Shown here in pieces: positions 1 to 13,000 of a stretch of DNA of 64,000 bases. The stretch covers positions 89,342,001 through 89,406,000 of the forward strand of contig JANJGN010000010.1 in assembly GCA_026770705.1 (NCBI GenBank), in the 5' to 3' direction. Position 1 is the stretch's first letter. Each line of letters opens with the position of its first letter. The notes beneath the pieces were generated by a model. It ran no database searches and was not told the DNA's origin. It saw nothing but the letters and a program-made list of their open reading frames with translations. Source of the stretch: Isurus oxyrinchus (lineage: Eukaryota). A program made the position numbers and the translations under genes.

Positions 1-837
1 GATTCTGCTATTGTTTGTGTTTGCTTTACAAATGTGGACTGATCTATGTTGATACACATTAAATTGGTTTGTAAAGAGCGAATTAGAGGTTGTAGAGAGA
101 GTCTGTTTGAGCAAAACACAAAAGTGAGCAAAACAGGGAAATTCGGGGACAGTGTGAAACTTGTGCCAACCGTACAATTGATATTATTTCTCTGCCTGAA
201 TGAACAATCATTTGGACATATTCAGTGCAGCACAAAACACTGATAACTGATTGACTAAATGAAGCAGTCAATAGTGCTGGGAATTAGAAAGTTGCCCAAT
301 TTGTACGGACTTTCCGAACAGGCGAGGCAATTGCTGGAAATGCAGAATGAAAGTGCGACCATTACTGATTGGACTTCGCTCAGCATCTCTCCATTGACAC
401 AATGTTGATTTTCAAAATCCAGTGGTACACCGGGCAAAAAGTAGAGCACAGCAACCTGTGTGGAAACATTTAGTATCTTAACCATTGGCGTGTGAACATG
501 AATGTGAAATCCGGAATCATTGTTTCAGATGTGCAGAGCATGAAGATGTCCATTTCTCCAAGGAAGGTTTCTGTCGGTTGAAAACTTATGGAGATGTCAA
601 ATCACATTTTGAATAGGACAGACGACAAATTTCAATACAAATAATCCTGGGAACAGATGCCTAATTATTCAGAAGAACATCCACTTTGTGTCCAAGAATG
701 TGAAGGAGAGGTCTGGAACTTCACATCAACAAACTGTGTCAATTATTGCATAATATCATGCTGGATAATAGATATGATTGACAGCATCCTCTTGTGGCAA
801 ATGTTTGTGTCAGATATTTAATAACTGATACACTTAC

Positions 838-1050
838 CGGGTGATAATATTTGTCCATTGGCTGTACAGGAGCATGTTGTTGTTTCTGTAGTAGTGGGAG
901 TCACTGTTACTGTTGTTGTAGATTCTAGTGTAGTGGTGGGCACTGTAGTGGTTTCACATTTTCCCGTGTACTTCAAAATTTCACAACTCTTAGTACATAG
1001 AGTGAAATTACAGAGGCCGGATTTAACTGCAGAACTCACTATAGCCTGGC
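838..1050 (-). CDS. Repeat exon 1 (divergent; SAVKS, TVPTTTLES)
   Basis: Acceptor tgtcttccag ends at 1051, donor gtaagtg starts at 837; 213 bp, open frame. Confidence 0.9.
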
Positions 1051-4000
1051 CTGGAAGACAAAGGTCAACAAAATGTTTCAAACATCTCATGGCAATTCTT
1101 CACTCAGATATTATATTATTCCACAGGTAAATATACAGGTGGCAGTGACTCATGATTGCCCATTAACAGCTAAGAACAAGGCTCTATGGTCCCAATGAAA
1201 GAAGATTAAACATCAAAGTATTCGCTTGGGCTATTCAAAACATAATTTCCAAAATTTGGCACTCTATTTTTCATCAGCTCATGTTGCATTCAGAACACTG
1301 ATATTTGTATAATGTTGCTAAATCGTCGTATTGGTTCTTGACTTTGGTTTACGTATTTAGACAGAACAAAGGTCAAATGGGATAAAATACATTTATCCTC
1401 TTGTCCAGACTATACTGAGATCCAGAAGATGCAGTATTCCTTTCGGTTGTGCCCCCAAACATTTCCTCACCAGTCAATCTTCAAATCTCTCCCCTGATAG
1501 TATGAGGCAATCCTGAAGTTGTACAATTGAACTGTGGACTCACATTCAAAACTAGAAGAATAACAATCCTATACATTTCAAGATCTGACTTGAAAGGGAG
1601 AAATGTCAAAGCAATATGGAAGTGAAGGTGAGCAGCTCGTGTGGAAGCATTCAGTGTCTTTAACCATTGCTGTGTGAATGTGAATGTGAAATCTGGAATC
1701 ATTATTTCAGATGTGCAGAGCATGACATGTCCATTTCTCCAAGGGCTGCTTCTCTCATTTTCAAACTGACGGAGACGACAGTTCACTTTTCGAAATGGAC
1801 AGCGACAACTTTCATTAGGAAACATTCTAGGAACAGATACCTAATGATTCACAAGAACATCTAGCTTGTGACTAAGAATGTGAAAGAGAGAACTGGAACT
1901 TCATGTCAATAAGCTGTGTCAATTATTGCAGACAATCGTGAAAGATAATTGACCTGATCTTCAGGCTTCTTGTGTGACGAGTGCATGTGTCAGATTTTTA
2001 ATAACGGATACACTTACCGGGTGATAATATTTGTCCATTGGCTGTACAGGAGCATGTTGTTGTTTCTGTAGTGGTTGGAGTTACTGTTACTGTTGTTGCA
2101 GATTCCAGTGTAGTGCTGGGCACTGTGGTGGTTTCACATTTTCCCGTGAACTTCAAAATTTCACAACTATTAGTACATAGAGTGAAATTACAGAGGCCAG
2201 AATTACCTGCAGAACTTACTATAGCCTGGCCTGGAAGACAAAAGTCAGGAAAAGGTTTCAGCCATCTCCTTCCATTCATCACTCTGAGATTACTCTTACC
2301 AACAAAATTAAACATATAGCTGACAGAGCCTCATATTTTGACGTTTAAGAGCTGAGACCAACGCTGAATGTTTAGGACGAAAGAAGATTCCACCTCAAGG
2401 TTAATAGGCATGGACGTGGAAAATATAACGGCCAATATTAGAAGCTAAGTATTTCATGCGCCCCAATTACAGGTCTAACTCTCCTCATTCCAGAATGTTA
2501 AATGATATTGCAATTGTTTGAGGTTGGTTTAAAAATGTGGACTGAACAATGTTGATACATGTTAAATGGGTTTCTAAAGAGCGAATTGGGGGCTGCAGAA
2601 AGCTTCTGTTTAAGCAAAACACAAAAGTGAGCAAAACTTAGAAATTTGGGGACAGTGTGAAAATTATGCCATTCGTTTAACCAATATAATATCTCTGCCT
2701 GAACGAACAATCATATGGACATATTCAGTGCAGAACAATACACTGATAACTGATTGACTAAATGAAGCAGTCAAAAGTGCTGATCATTAGAAAGTTGCCC
2801 AATTTGTACAGACTTTCCAAATAGGCGAGACTTTTTTCTGGAAATGCATAATGAGAGTAAGAACATTAAAGCTTGGACCTCACTCGGTGTCTCTCCATTG
2901 ACACCATGTTGTTTTCCTCAAGTCCAGGGGGACATAGAGCAATAAGTAGAGCGCAGCAACTTGTGTGGACATTTAGTATCTTTAATCTTTGGTGTGTGAA
3001 TGTGAATTTGAAATCTGGAATCACTATTTCAGATGTGCAAAGCATGAAGATGTCCACTTCTCCAAGGGCTGATTCTCTCGGTTGAAAAATAATGGAGACG
3101 TCAAATCACATTTTGAATGGGACAGATGACAAATTTCAATACAAATAATCCTGGGAACAGATGCCTAATTATTCAGAAGAACATCCACTTTGTGTCCAAG
3201 AATGTGAAGGAGAGGTCTGGAACTTCACATCAACAAACTGTCTCAATTATTGCATACACTCATGCTGGATAATAGATATGATTGACAATATCCTCTTGTG
3301 GCAAATGTTTGTGTCAGATATTTAATAACTGATACACTTACCGGGTGACAATATTTGTCCATTGGCTGTACAGGAGCATGTTGTTGTTTCTGTAGTGGTG
3401 GGAGTCACTGTAAATGTTGTTGTAGATTCTAATGTAGTGCTGGGCGCTGTGGTGGTTTCACATTTTCCCGTGTACTTCAAAATTTCACAACTCTTAGTAC
3501 ATAGAGTGAAATTACAGAGGCCGGATTCACCTGCAGAACTGACTATAGCCTGGCCTGGAAGACAAAAGTCAGGAAAAGGTTTCAGCCATCTCCTTCCATT
3601 CATCACTCTGAGATTACTCTTACCAACAAAATTAAACATATAGCTGACAGAGCCTCATATTTTGACATTTAAAAGCTGAGACCAACGCTGAATGTTTAGG
3701 ACGAAAGAAGATTCCACCTCAAGGTTATGGGCATGGACGTGGAAAATATGACGGCCAATATTAGAAGCTAAATATTTCATGAGCTCCAATTGCAGGTCTA
3801 ACAATCCTCTTTCCAGAATGTTAAATGATATTGCAATTGTTTGTGTTTGGTTTACAAATGTGGACTGAACAATGTTGATACACCTTAAATGGGTTTCTAA
3901 AGAGTAAATTGGGGGCTGTAGAAAGAGTCCGTTTGAGCAAAACACAAAAGTGAGCAAAACAGAGGAATTTGGGGACAGTGCGAAACTTGTGCCAACCGTA

Positions 4001-7000
4001 CAACTGATATTATGTCTCTGCCTGAATGAACAATCATTTGGACATATTCAGTGCAGCACAAAACACTGATAACTGATTGACTTAAGGAAGCAATCAATAG
4101 CGCTGAGCGTTAGAAAATTGCCCAATTTGTGCAAACATTCCGAACAGCCGAGACATTTGCTGGAAATGCCGAATGAGAGTGCGACCATTACTGATTGGAC
4201 CTCACTTGGCGTCTCTCCTTTGACACAATGTTGATTTTCAAAATCCAGTGGGACACAGGGCAACAAGTAGAGCACAGCAACCTGTGTGGAAACATTTAGT
4301 ATCTTTAACCTTTGGTGTGTGAATGTGAATGTGAAATCTGGAATCATTGGTTCAGATGTGCAGAGCATGAAGATGTCCATTTCTCCAAGGGCTGATTCTC
4401 TCGGTTGAATATTTATGGAGACGTCAAATCACATTTTGAATGAGACGGACGACAAATTTCAATACAAATAATCCTGGGAACGGATGCCTAATTATTCACT
4501 AGAACATCGAATTTGTATCCAACAGCATGAAGCAGAGGTCTGGATCTTCACATCAACAAACTGTCTCAATTATTGCATACAATCATGCTGGATATTAGAC
4601 GTGATTGACTGTATTCTCTTGTGGCAAATGATTATGTCAGATATTTAATAATTGATACACTTACCGGGTGATAATATTTGTCCATTGGCTCTACAGGAGC
4701 ATGTTGTTGTTTCTGTAGTGGTGGGAGTCACTGTTACTGTTGTTGTAGATTCTAGTGTAGTGCTGGGCGCTGTGGTGGTTTCACATTTTCCCGTGTACTT
4801 CAAAATTTCACAACTCTTAGTACATAGAGTGAAATTACAGAGCCCAGATTTACCTGCAGAACTTACTATAGCCTGGCCTGAAAGACAAAAGTCAGGAAAA
4901 GGTTTCAGCCATCTCCTTCCATTCATCACTCTGAGATTACGTTTACCAACAAAAATCAATATATAGCTGACAGAGTCTCATATTTTGACATTAAAGAGCT
5001 AGGACCAACGCTGAAAGTTTAGAACGAAAGAAGATTCCACCTCAAGGTGAAAGTCATGGATGTGGAAAATATAATGGCCAATATTAGAAGCTAAGTATTT
5101 GATGCGCCCCAATTACAGGTCTAACTCTCCTCATTCCAGAATGTTAAATGATATTGCAATTGTTTGTGGTTGGTTCAAAAATGTGGACTGAATAATGTTG
5201 ATACATGTTAAATGGGTTTCTAAAGAGCGAATTGGGGGCTGCAGAGAGCTTCTGTTTGAGCAAAACACAAAAGTGAGCAAAACTTAGAAATTTGGGGACA
5301 GTGTGAAAATTATGCCATTCGTTCAACCAATATAATATCTCTGCCTGAATGAACAATCATATGGACATATTCAGTGCAGAACAATACACTGATAACTGAT
5401 TGACTAAATGAAGCAGTCAAAAGTGCTGATCATTAGAAAGTTGCCCAATTTGTACGAACTTCCAAACAGGCGAGACTTTTTTCAGGAAATGCAGAATGAG
5501 AGTAAGAACATTAAAGCTTGGACCTCACTCGGTGTCTCTCCATTGACACCATGTTGTTTTCCCCAAGTCCAGGGGGACATAGAGCAACAAGTAGAGCACA
5601 GCAACATGTGTGGACATTTAGTATCTTTAATCTTTGGTGTGTGAATGTGAATTTGAAATCTGGAATCATTATTTCAGATGTGCAGAGCATGAAGATGTCC
5701 ACTTCTCCAAGGCAGGCATCTCTCGGTTGAAAACTTATGGAGATGTCAAATGACATTTTGAATGGGACAGATGACAAATTTCAATACAAATAATCCTGGG
5801 AACAGATGCCTAATTATTCAGAAGAACATCCACTTTGTGTCCAAGAATGTGAAGGAGAGGTCTGGAACTTCACATCAACAAACTGTCTCAATTATTGCAT
5901 AATATCATACTGGATAATAGATATGATTGACAGTATCCGCTTGTGGCAAATGTTTGTGTCAGATATTTAATAACTGATACACTTACCGGGAGATAATATT
6001 TGTCCATTGGCTGTACAGGAGCATGTTGTTGTTTCTGTAGTAGTGGGAGTCACTGTAAATGTTGTTGTAGATTCTAGTGTAGTGCTGGGCGCTGTGGTGG
6101 TTTCACATTTTCCCGTGTACTTCAAAATTTCACAACTCTTAGTACATAGAGTGAACTTACAGAGGCCGGATTTACCTGCAGAACTTACTATAGCCTGCCC
6201 TGGAAGAGAAATATCAGGAGAAGGTTTCAGTCATCTCATACCATTCTTCACTCAGATAACATGTTTACCTCTAGAAAAATGTATAGAGCTGACCAGTCTG
6301 GCGTTAAGACAATTAAATGCTAAGAACAAGGCTAAATTTTTACAATGAAAGAAGATTCCAAAGTTAAACTATCAACATGAGCAGCTAAATATTTCCTCAG
6401 CTCCGATCGCACGTATAAAACTCCTCGTTTGGAAAGTTAAATTTTTCTGCTGCTGTTGTGTTTGGTTTACAAAATGGGACAGAACAATGTTGAAACAGGT
6501 TAACTCGGTTTGTAAAGAGCAAATAGGATGCTGTAGAATGATTCTGCTGGTTGAAAATACTAAATTGAGCAAATCAGAAATTTGGGGACAGTGTTAAACT
6601 TTTTCCATCCATACAACCAATATAATGTCTCTGCCTGAACGAACAATCATATGGACATATTCAGTGCAGCACAAAACTCTGATAACTGACTGACTAAATG
6701 AAGCAGTCAAAAGTGCTGAGCATTAGAAAGTTGCCCAATTTGTACGGACTTTCCAAACAGGCGAGACCTTTGCTGCAAATGCAGAATGAGAGTACGAACA
6801 TTACAGCTTGGACCTCGCTCGGTGATTCTCCATTGACACAATGTTGCTTTCCTCATTTCAGTGGGACACAGGGCAACAAGTAGAGCACAGCAACCTGTGC
6901 GGAAACATTTAGTATCTTTAACCATTGTTGTGTGAATGTGAGTGTGAAATCTGGAATCATTATTTCAGATGTGCAGAGCATGAAGATATCCCTTTCTCCA

Positions 7001-10000
7001 AGGCAGGCGTCTCTCGGTTGAAAACTTATGGAGATGTCAAATCACATTTTGAATAGGACAGGTGACAGATTTCAATACAAATAATCCTGGGAACAGATGC
7101 CTAGTTATTCAGAAGAACATCCACTTTGTGTCCAAGAATGTGAAGGAGAGGTCTGGAACTTCACATCAACAAACTGTCTCAAATATTGCATACACTCATG
7201 CTGGATATTAGACGTGATTGGCAGAAGTGTCTTGTGGCAAACGATTGTGCCAGATATTCAATAACTTATACACTTACCGGGTGATAATATTTGTCCATTG
7301 TCTGTACAGGAGCATGTTGTTGTTTCTGTAGTAGTGGGAGTCACTGTTACTGTTGTTGTAGATTGTAGTGTAGTGCTGGGCGCTGTGGTGGTTTCACATT
7401 TTCCCGTGTACTTCAAAATTTCACAACTCTTAGTACATAGAGTGAAATTACAGAGGCCAGATTTACCTGCAGAACTTACTATAGCCTGGCCTGGAAGACA
7501 AAAGTCAGGAAAAGGTTTCAGCCATCTCCTTCCATTCATCACTCTGAGATTACTCTTACCAACAAAATTAAACATATAGCTGACAGAGCCTCATATTTTG
7601 ACATTTAAAAGCTGAGACCAACGCTGAATGTTTAGGACGAAAGAAGATTCCACCTCAAGGTTATAGGCATGGACGTGGAAAATATGACGGCCAATATTAG
7701 AAGCTAAATATTTCATGAGCTCCAATTGCAGGTCTAACAATCCTCTTTCCAGAATGTTAAATGATATTGCAATTGTTTGTGTTTGGTTTACAAATGTGGA
7801 CTGAACAATGTTGATACACCTTAAATGGGTTTCTAAAGAGTAAATTGGGGGCTGTAGAAAGAGTCCGTTTGAGCAAAACACAAAAGTGAGCAAAACAGAG
7901 GAATTTGGGGACAGTGCGAAACTTGTGCCAACCGTACAACTGATATTATGTCTCTGCCTGAATGAACAATCATTTGGACATATTCAGTGCAGCACAAAAC
8001 ACTGATATCTGATTCACTAAAGGAAGCAATCAATAGCGCTGAGCGTTAGAAAATTGCCCAATTTGTGCAAACATTCCGAACAGCCGAGACATTTGCTGGA
8101 AATGCCGAATGAGAGTGCGACCATTACTGATTGGACCTCACTTGGCGTCTCTCCTTTGACACAATGTTGATTTTCAAAATCCAGTGGGACACAGGGCAAC
8201 AAGTAGAGCACAGCAACCTGTGTGGAAACATTTAGTATCTTTAACCTTTGGTGTGTGAATGTGAATGTGAAATCTGGAATCATTGGTTCAGATGTGCAGA
8301 GCATGAAGATGTCCATTTCTCCAAGGGCTGATTCTCTCGGTTGAATATTTATGGTGATGTCAAATCACATTTTGAATGGGACGGACGACAAATTTCAATA
8401 CAAATAATGCTGGGAATGGATGCCTAATTATTCACTAGAACATCGACTTTGTATCCAAGAACGTGAAGGAGAGGTCTGGATCTTCACATCAACAAACTGT
8501 GTCAATTATTGCATACAATCATGTTGGATATTAGACGTGATTGACTGTATTCCCTTGTTGCAAATGATTATGTCAGATATTTAATAATTGATAAACTTAC
8601 CGGGTGATAATATTTGTCCATTGGCTGTACAGGAGCATGTTGTTGTTTCTGTAGTAGTGGGAGTCACTGTAACTGTTGTTGTAGATTCAAGTGTAGTGCT
8701 GGGCGCTGTGGTGGTTTCACATTTTCCCGTGTACTTCAAAATTTCACAATTCTTAGTACATAGAGTGAAATTACAGAGGCCGGATTTACCTGCAGAACTT
8801 ACTATAGCCTGCCCTGGAAGAGAAATATCAGGAGAAGGTTTCAGTCATCTCATACCATTCTTCACTCAGATAACATGTAAAGAGCAAATTGGATGCTGTA
8901 GAACGAGTCTGCTGGTTGAAAATACTAAATTGAGCAAATCAGAAATTTGGGGACAGTGTTAAACTTTTTCCATCCGTACAGCCAATATAATGTCTCTGCC
9001 TGAACGAACAATCATATGGACATATTCAGTGCAGCACAAAACTCTGATAACTGACTGACTAAATGAAGCAGTCAAAAGTGCTGAGCATTAGAAAGTTGCC
9101 CAATTTGTACGGACTTTCCAAACAGGCGAGACCTTTGCTGCAAATGCAGAATGAGAGTACGAACATTACAGCTTGGACCTCGCTCGGTGATTCTCCATTG
9201 ACACAATGTTGCTTTCCTCATTTCAGTGGGACACAGGGCAACAAGTAGAGCACAGCAACCTGTGCGGAAACATTTAGTATCTTTAACCATTGTTGTGTGA
9301 ATGTGAGTGTGAAATCTGGAATCATTATTTCAGATGTGCAGAGCATGAAGATATCCCTTTCTCCAAGGCAGGCGTCTCTCGGTTGAAAACTTATGGAGAT
9401 GTCAAATCACATTTTGAATAGGACAGATGACAGATTTCAATACAAATAATCCTGGGAACAGATGCCTAATTATTCAGAAGAACATCCACTTTGTGTCCAA
9501 GAATGTGAAGGAGAGGTCTGGAACTTCACATCAACAAACTGTCTCAATTATTGCATACACTCATGCTGGATGTTAGACATGATTGGCAGCAGTGTCTTGT
9601 GGCAAACGATTGTGCCAGATATTCAATAACTTATACACTTACCGGGTGATAATATTTGTCCATTGGCTGTACAGGAGCATGTTGTTGTTTCTGTAGTAGT
9701 GGGAGTCACTATTACTGTTGTTGTAGATTCTAGTGTAGTGCTGGGCGCTGTGGTGGTTTCACATTTTCCCGTGTACTTCAAAATTTCACAACTCTTAGTA
9801 CATAGAGTGAAATTACAGAGGCCAGATTCACCTGCAGAACTGACTATAGCCTGGCCTGGAAGACAAAAGTCAGGAAAAGGTTTCAGCCATCTCCTTCCAT
9901 TCATCACTCTGAGATTACTCTTACCAACAAAATTAAACATATAGCTGACAGAGCCTCATATTTTGACATTTAAAAGCTGAGACCAACGCTGAATGTTTAG

Positions 10001-13000
10001 GACGAAAGAAGATTCCACCTCAAGGTTATAGGCATGGACGTGGAAAATATGACGGCCAATATTAGAAGCTAAATATTTCATGAGCTCCAATTGCAGGTCT
10101 AACAATCCTCTTTCCAGAATGTTAAATGATATTGCAATTGTTTGTGTTTGGTTTACAAATGTGGACTGAACAATGTTGATACACCTTAAATGGGTTTCTA
10201 AAGAGTAAATTGGGGGCTGTAGAAAGAGTCCGTTTGAGCAAAACACAAAAGTGAGCAAAACAGAGGAATTTGGGGACAGTGCGAAACTTGTGCCAACCGT
10301 ACAACTGATATTATGTCTCTGCCTGAATGAACAATCATTTGGACATATTCAGTGCAGCACAAAACACTGATATCTGATTCACTAAAGGAAGCAATCAATA
10401 GCGCTGAGCGTTAGAAAATTGCCCAATTTGTGCAAACATTCCGAACAGCCGAGACATTTGCTGGAAATGCCGAATGAGAGTGCGACCATTACTGATTGGA
10501 CCTCACTTGGCGTCTCTCCTTTGACACAATGTTGATTTTCAAAATCCAGTGGGACACAGGGCAACAAGTAGAGCACAGCAACCTGTGTGGAAACATTTAG
10601 TATCTTTAACCTTTGGTGTGTGAATGTGAATGTGAAATCTGGAATCATTGGTTCAGATGTGCAGAGCATGAAGATGTCCATTTCTCCAAGGGCTGATTCT
10701 CTCGGTTGAATATTTAGGGAGATGTCAAATCACATTTTGAATGAGACGGACGACAAATTTCAATACAAATAATCCTGGGAACGGATGCCTAATTATGCAC
10801 TAGAACATTGACTTTGTATCCAAGAACGTGAAGGAGAGGTCTGGATCTTCACATCAACAAACTGTGTCAATTATTGCATACAATCATGTTGGATATTAGA
10901 CGTGATTGACTGTATTCCCTTGTTGCAAATGATTATGTCAGATATTTAATAATTGATACACTTACCGGGTGATAATATTTGTCCATTGGCTGTACAGGAG
11001 CATGTGGTTGTTTCTGTAGTGGTGGGAGTCACTGTTACTGTTGTTGTAGATTCAAGTGTAGTGCTGGGCGCTGTGGTGGTTTCACATTTTCCCGTGTACT
11101 TCAAAATTTCACAACTCTTAGTACATAGAGTGAAATTACAGAGGCCGGATTTACCTGCAGAACTTACTATAGCCTGGCCTGGAAGACAAAAGTCAGGAAA
11201 AGGTTTCAGGCATCTCCTTCCATTCATCCTTCGAATGTTACGCTTAACAACAAAAATCACTACATAGCTGACAGAGCCTCATATTTTGACATTTAATAGC
11301 TAGGACCAACGCTGAAAGTTTAGAGCGAAAGAAGATTCCACCTCAAGGTGAAAGTCATGGATGTGGAAAATATAACGGCCAATATTAGAAGCTAAGTACT
11401 TCATGCGCCCCAATTACAGGTCTAACTCTCCTCATTCCAGAATGTTAAATGATATTGCAATTGTTTGTGTTTGGCTTAAAAATGTGGACTGAACAATGTT
11501 GATACATGTTAAATGGGTTTCTAAAGAGCAAATTGGGGGCTGTAGAAAGAGTCCATTTGAGCAAAACACAAAAGTGAGCAAAACAGAGGAATTTGGGGAC
11601 AGTGTGAAAATTATGCCATTCGTTCAACCAATATAATATCTCTGACTGAACGAACAATCATATGGACATATTCAGTGCAGAACAATACACTGATAACTGA
11701 TTGACATAAGGAAGCAGTCAAAAGTGCTGATCATTAGAAAGTTGCCCAACTTGTACGGACTTTCCAAACAGGCGAGACTTTTTTCTGGAAATGCAGAATG
11801 AGAGTAAGAACATTAAAGCTTGGACCTCACTCGATGTCTCTCCATTGACACCATGTTGTTTTCCTCAAGTCCAGGGGGACATAGAGCAACAAGTAGAGCA
11901 CAGCAACTTGTGTGGACATTTAGTATCTTTAATCTTTGGTGTGTGAATGTGAATTTGAAATCTGGAATCATTATTTCAGATGTGCAGAGCATGAAGATGT
12001 CCACTTCTCCAAGGGCTGATTCTCTCGGTTGAAAAATAATGGAGACGTCAAATCACATTTTGAATGGGACAGATGACAAATTTCAATACAAATAATCCTG
12101 GGAACGGATGCCTAATTATTCAGAAGAACATCCACTTTGTGTCCAAGAATGTGAAGGAGAGGTCTGGAACTTCACATCAACAAACTGTCTCAATTATTGC
12201 AATATATCATGCTTGATAATAGATATGATTGACAGTATCCTCTTGTGGCAAATGTTTGTGTCAGATATTTAATAACTGATACACTTACCGGGTGATAATA
12301 TTTGTCCATTGGCTGTACAGGAGCATGTTGTTGTTTCTGTAGTAGTGGGAGTCACTGTAACTGTTGTTGTAGATTCTAGTGTAGTGCTGGGCGCTGTGGT
12401 GGTTTCACATTTTCCCGTGTACTTCAAAATTTCACAATTCTTAGTACATAGAGTGAAATTACAGAGGCCGGATTTACCTGCAGAACTTACTATAGCCTGC
12501 CCTGGAAGAGAAATATCAGGAGAAGGTTTCAGTCATCTCATACCATTCTTCACTCAGATAACATGTAAAGAGCAAATTGGATGCTGTAGAACGAGTCTGC
12601 TGGTTGAAAATACTAAATTGAGCAAATCAGAAATTTGGGGACAGTGTTAAACTTTTTCCATCCGTACAACCAATATAATGTCTCTGCCTGAACGAACAAT
12701 CATATGGACATATTCAGTGCAGCACAAAACTCTGATAACTGACTGACTAAATGAAGCAGTCAAAAGTGATGAGCATTAGAAAGTTGCCCAATTTGTACGG
12801 ACTTTCCAAACAGGCGAGACCTTTGCTGCAAATGCAGAATGAGAGTACGAACATTACAGCTTGGACCTCACTCGGTGATTCTCCATTGACACAATGTTGC
12901 ATTCCTCATTTCAGTGGGACACAGGGCAACAAGTAGAGCACAGCAACCTGTGCGGAAACATTTAGTATCTTTAACCATTGTTGTGTGAATGTGAGTGTGA

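Noticed and set aside
698-726. Intronic inverted repeat atgtgaag-N13-cttcacat about 110-140 nt downstream of the donor
   Set aside because: It is only 8 bp and is disrupted without compensation in several classes (catgaagc, tatgaag, cttcatgt), so chance is sufficient.
838-1050. Assigning a specific gene symbol (MUC2, MUC5AC, MUC5B) or calling the module a CysD domain
   Set aside because: No VWD or cystine-knot exons are in the window to establish orthology, and the module lacks the WxxW motif and 10-Cys pattern of CysD.
4315-4340. Short (TGTGAA)n-like run in each intron
   Set aside because: Only about 3 degenerate copies; an ordinary low-complexity tract carried along with the unit.
7481-7495. 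Second AG 5 nt inside the exon (ccag|GCCAG|GCT) as the true acceptor
   Set aside because: It would give a 208-nt exon and shift the frame. The upstream CAG directly follows the pyrimidine tract and yields the in-frame 213 nt.
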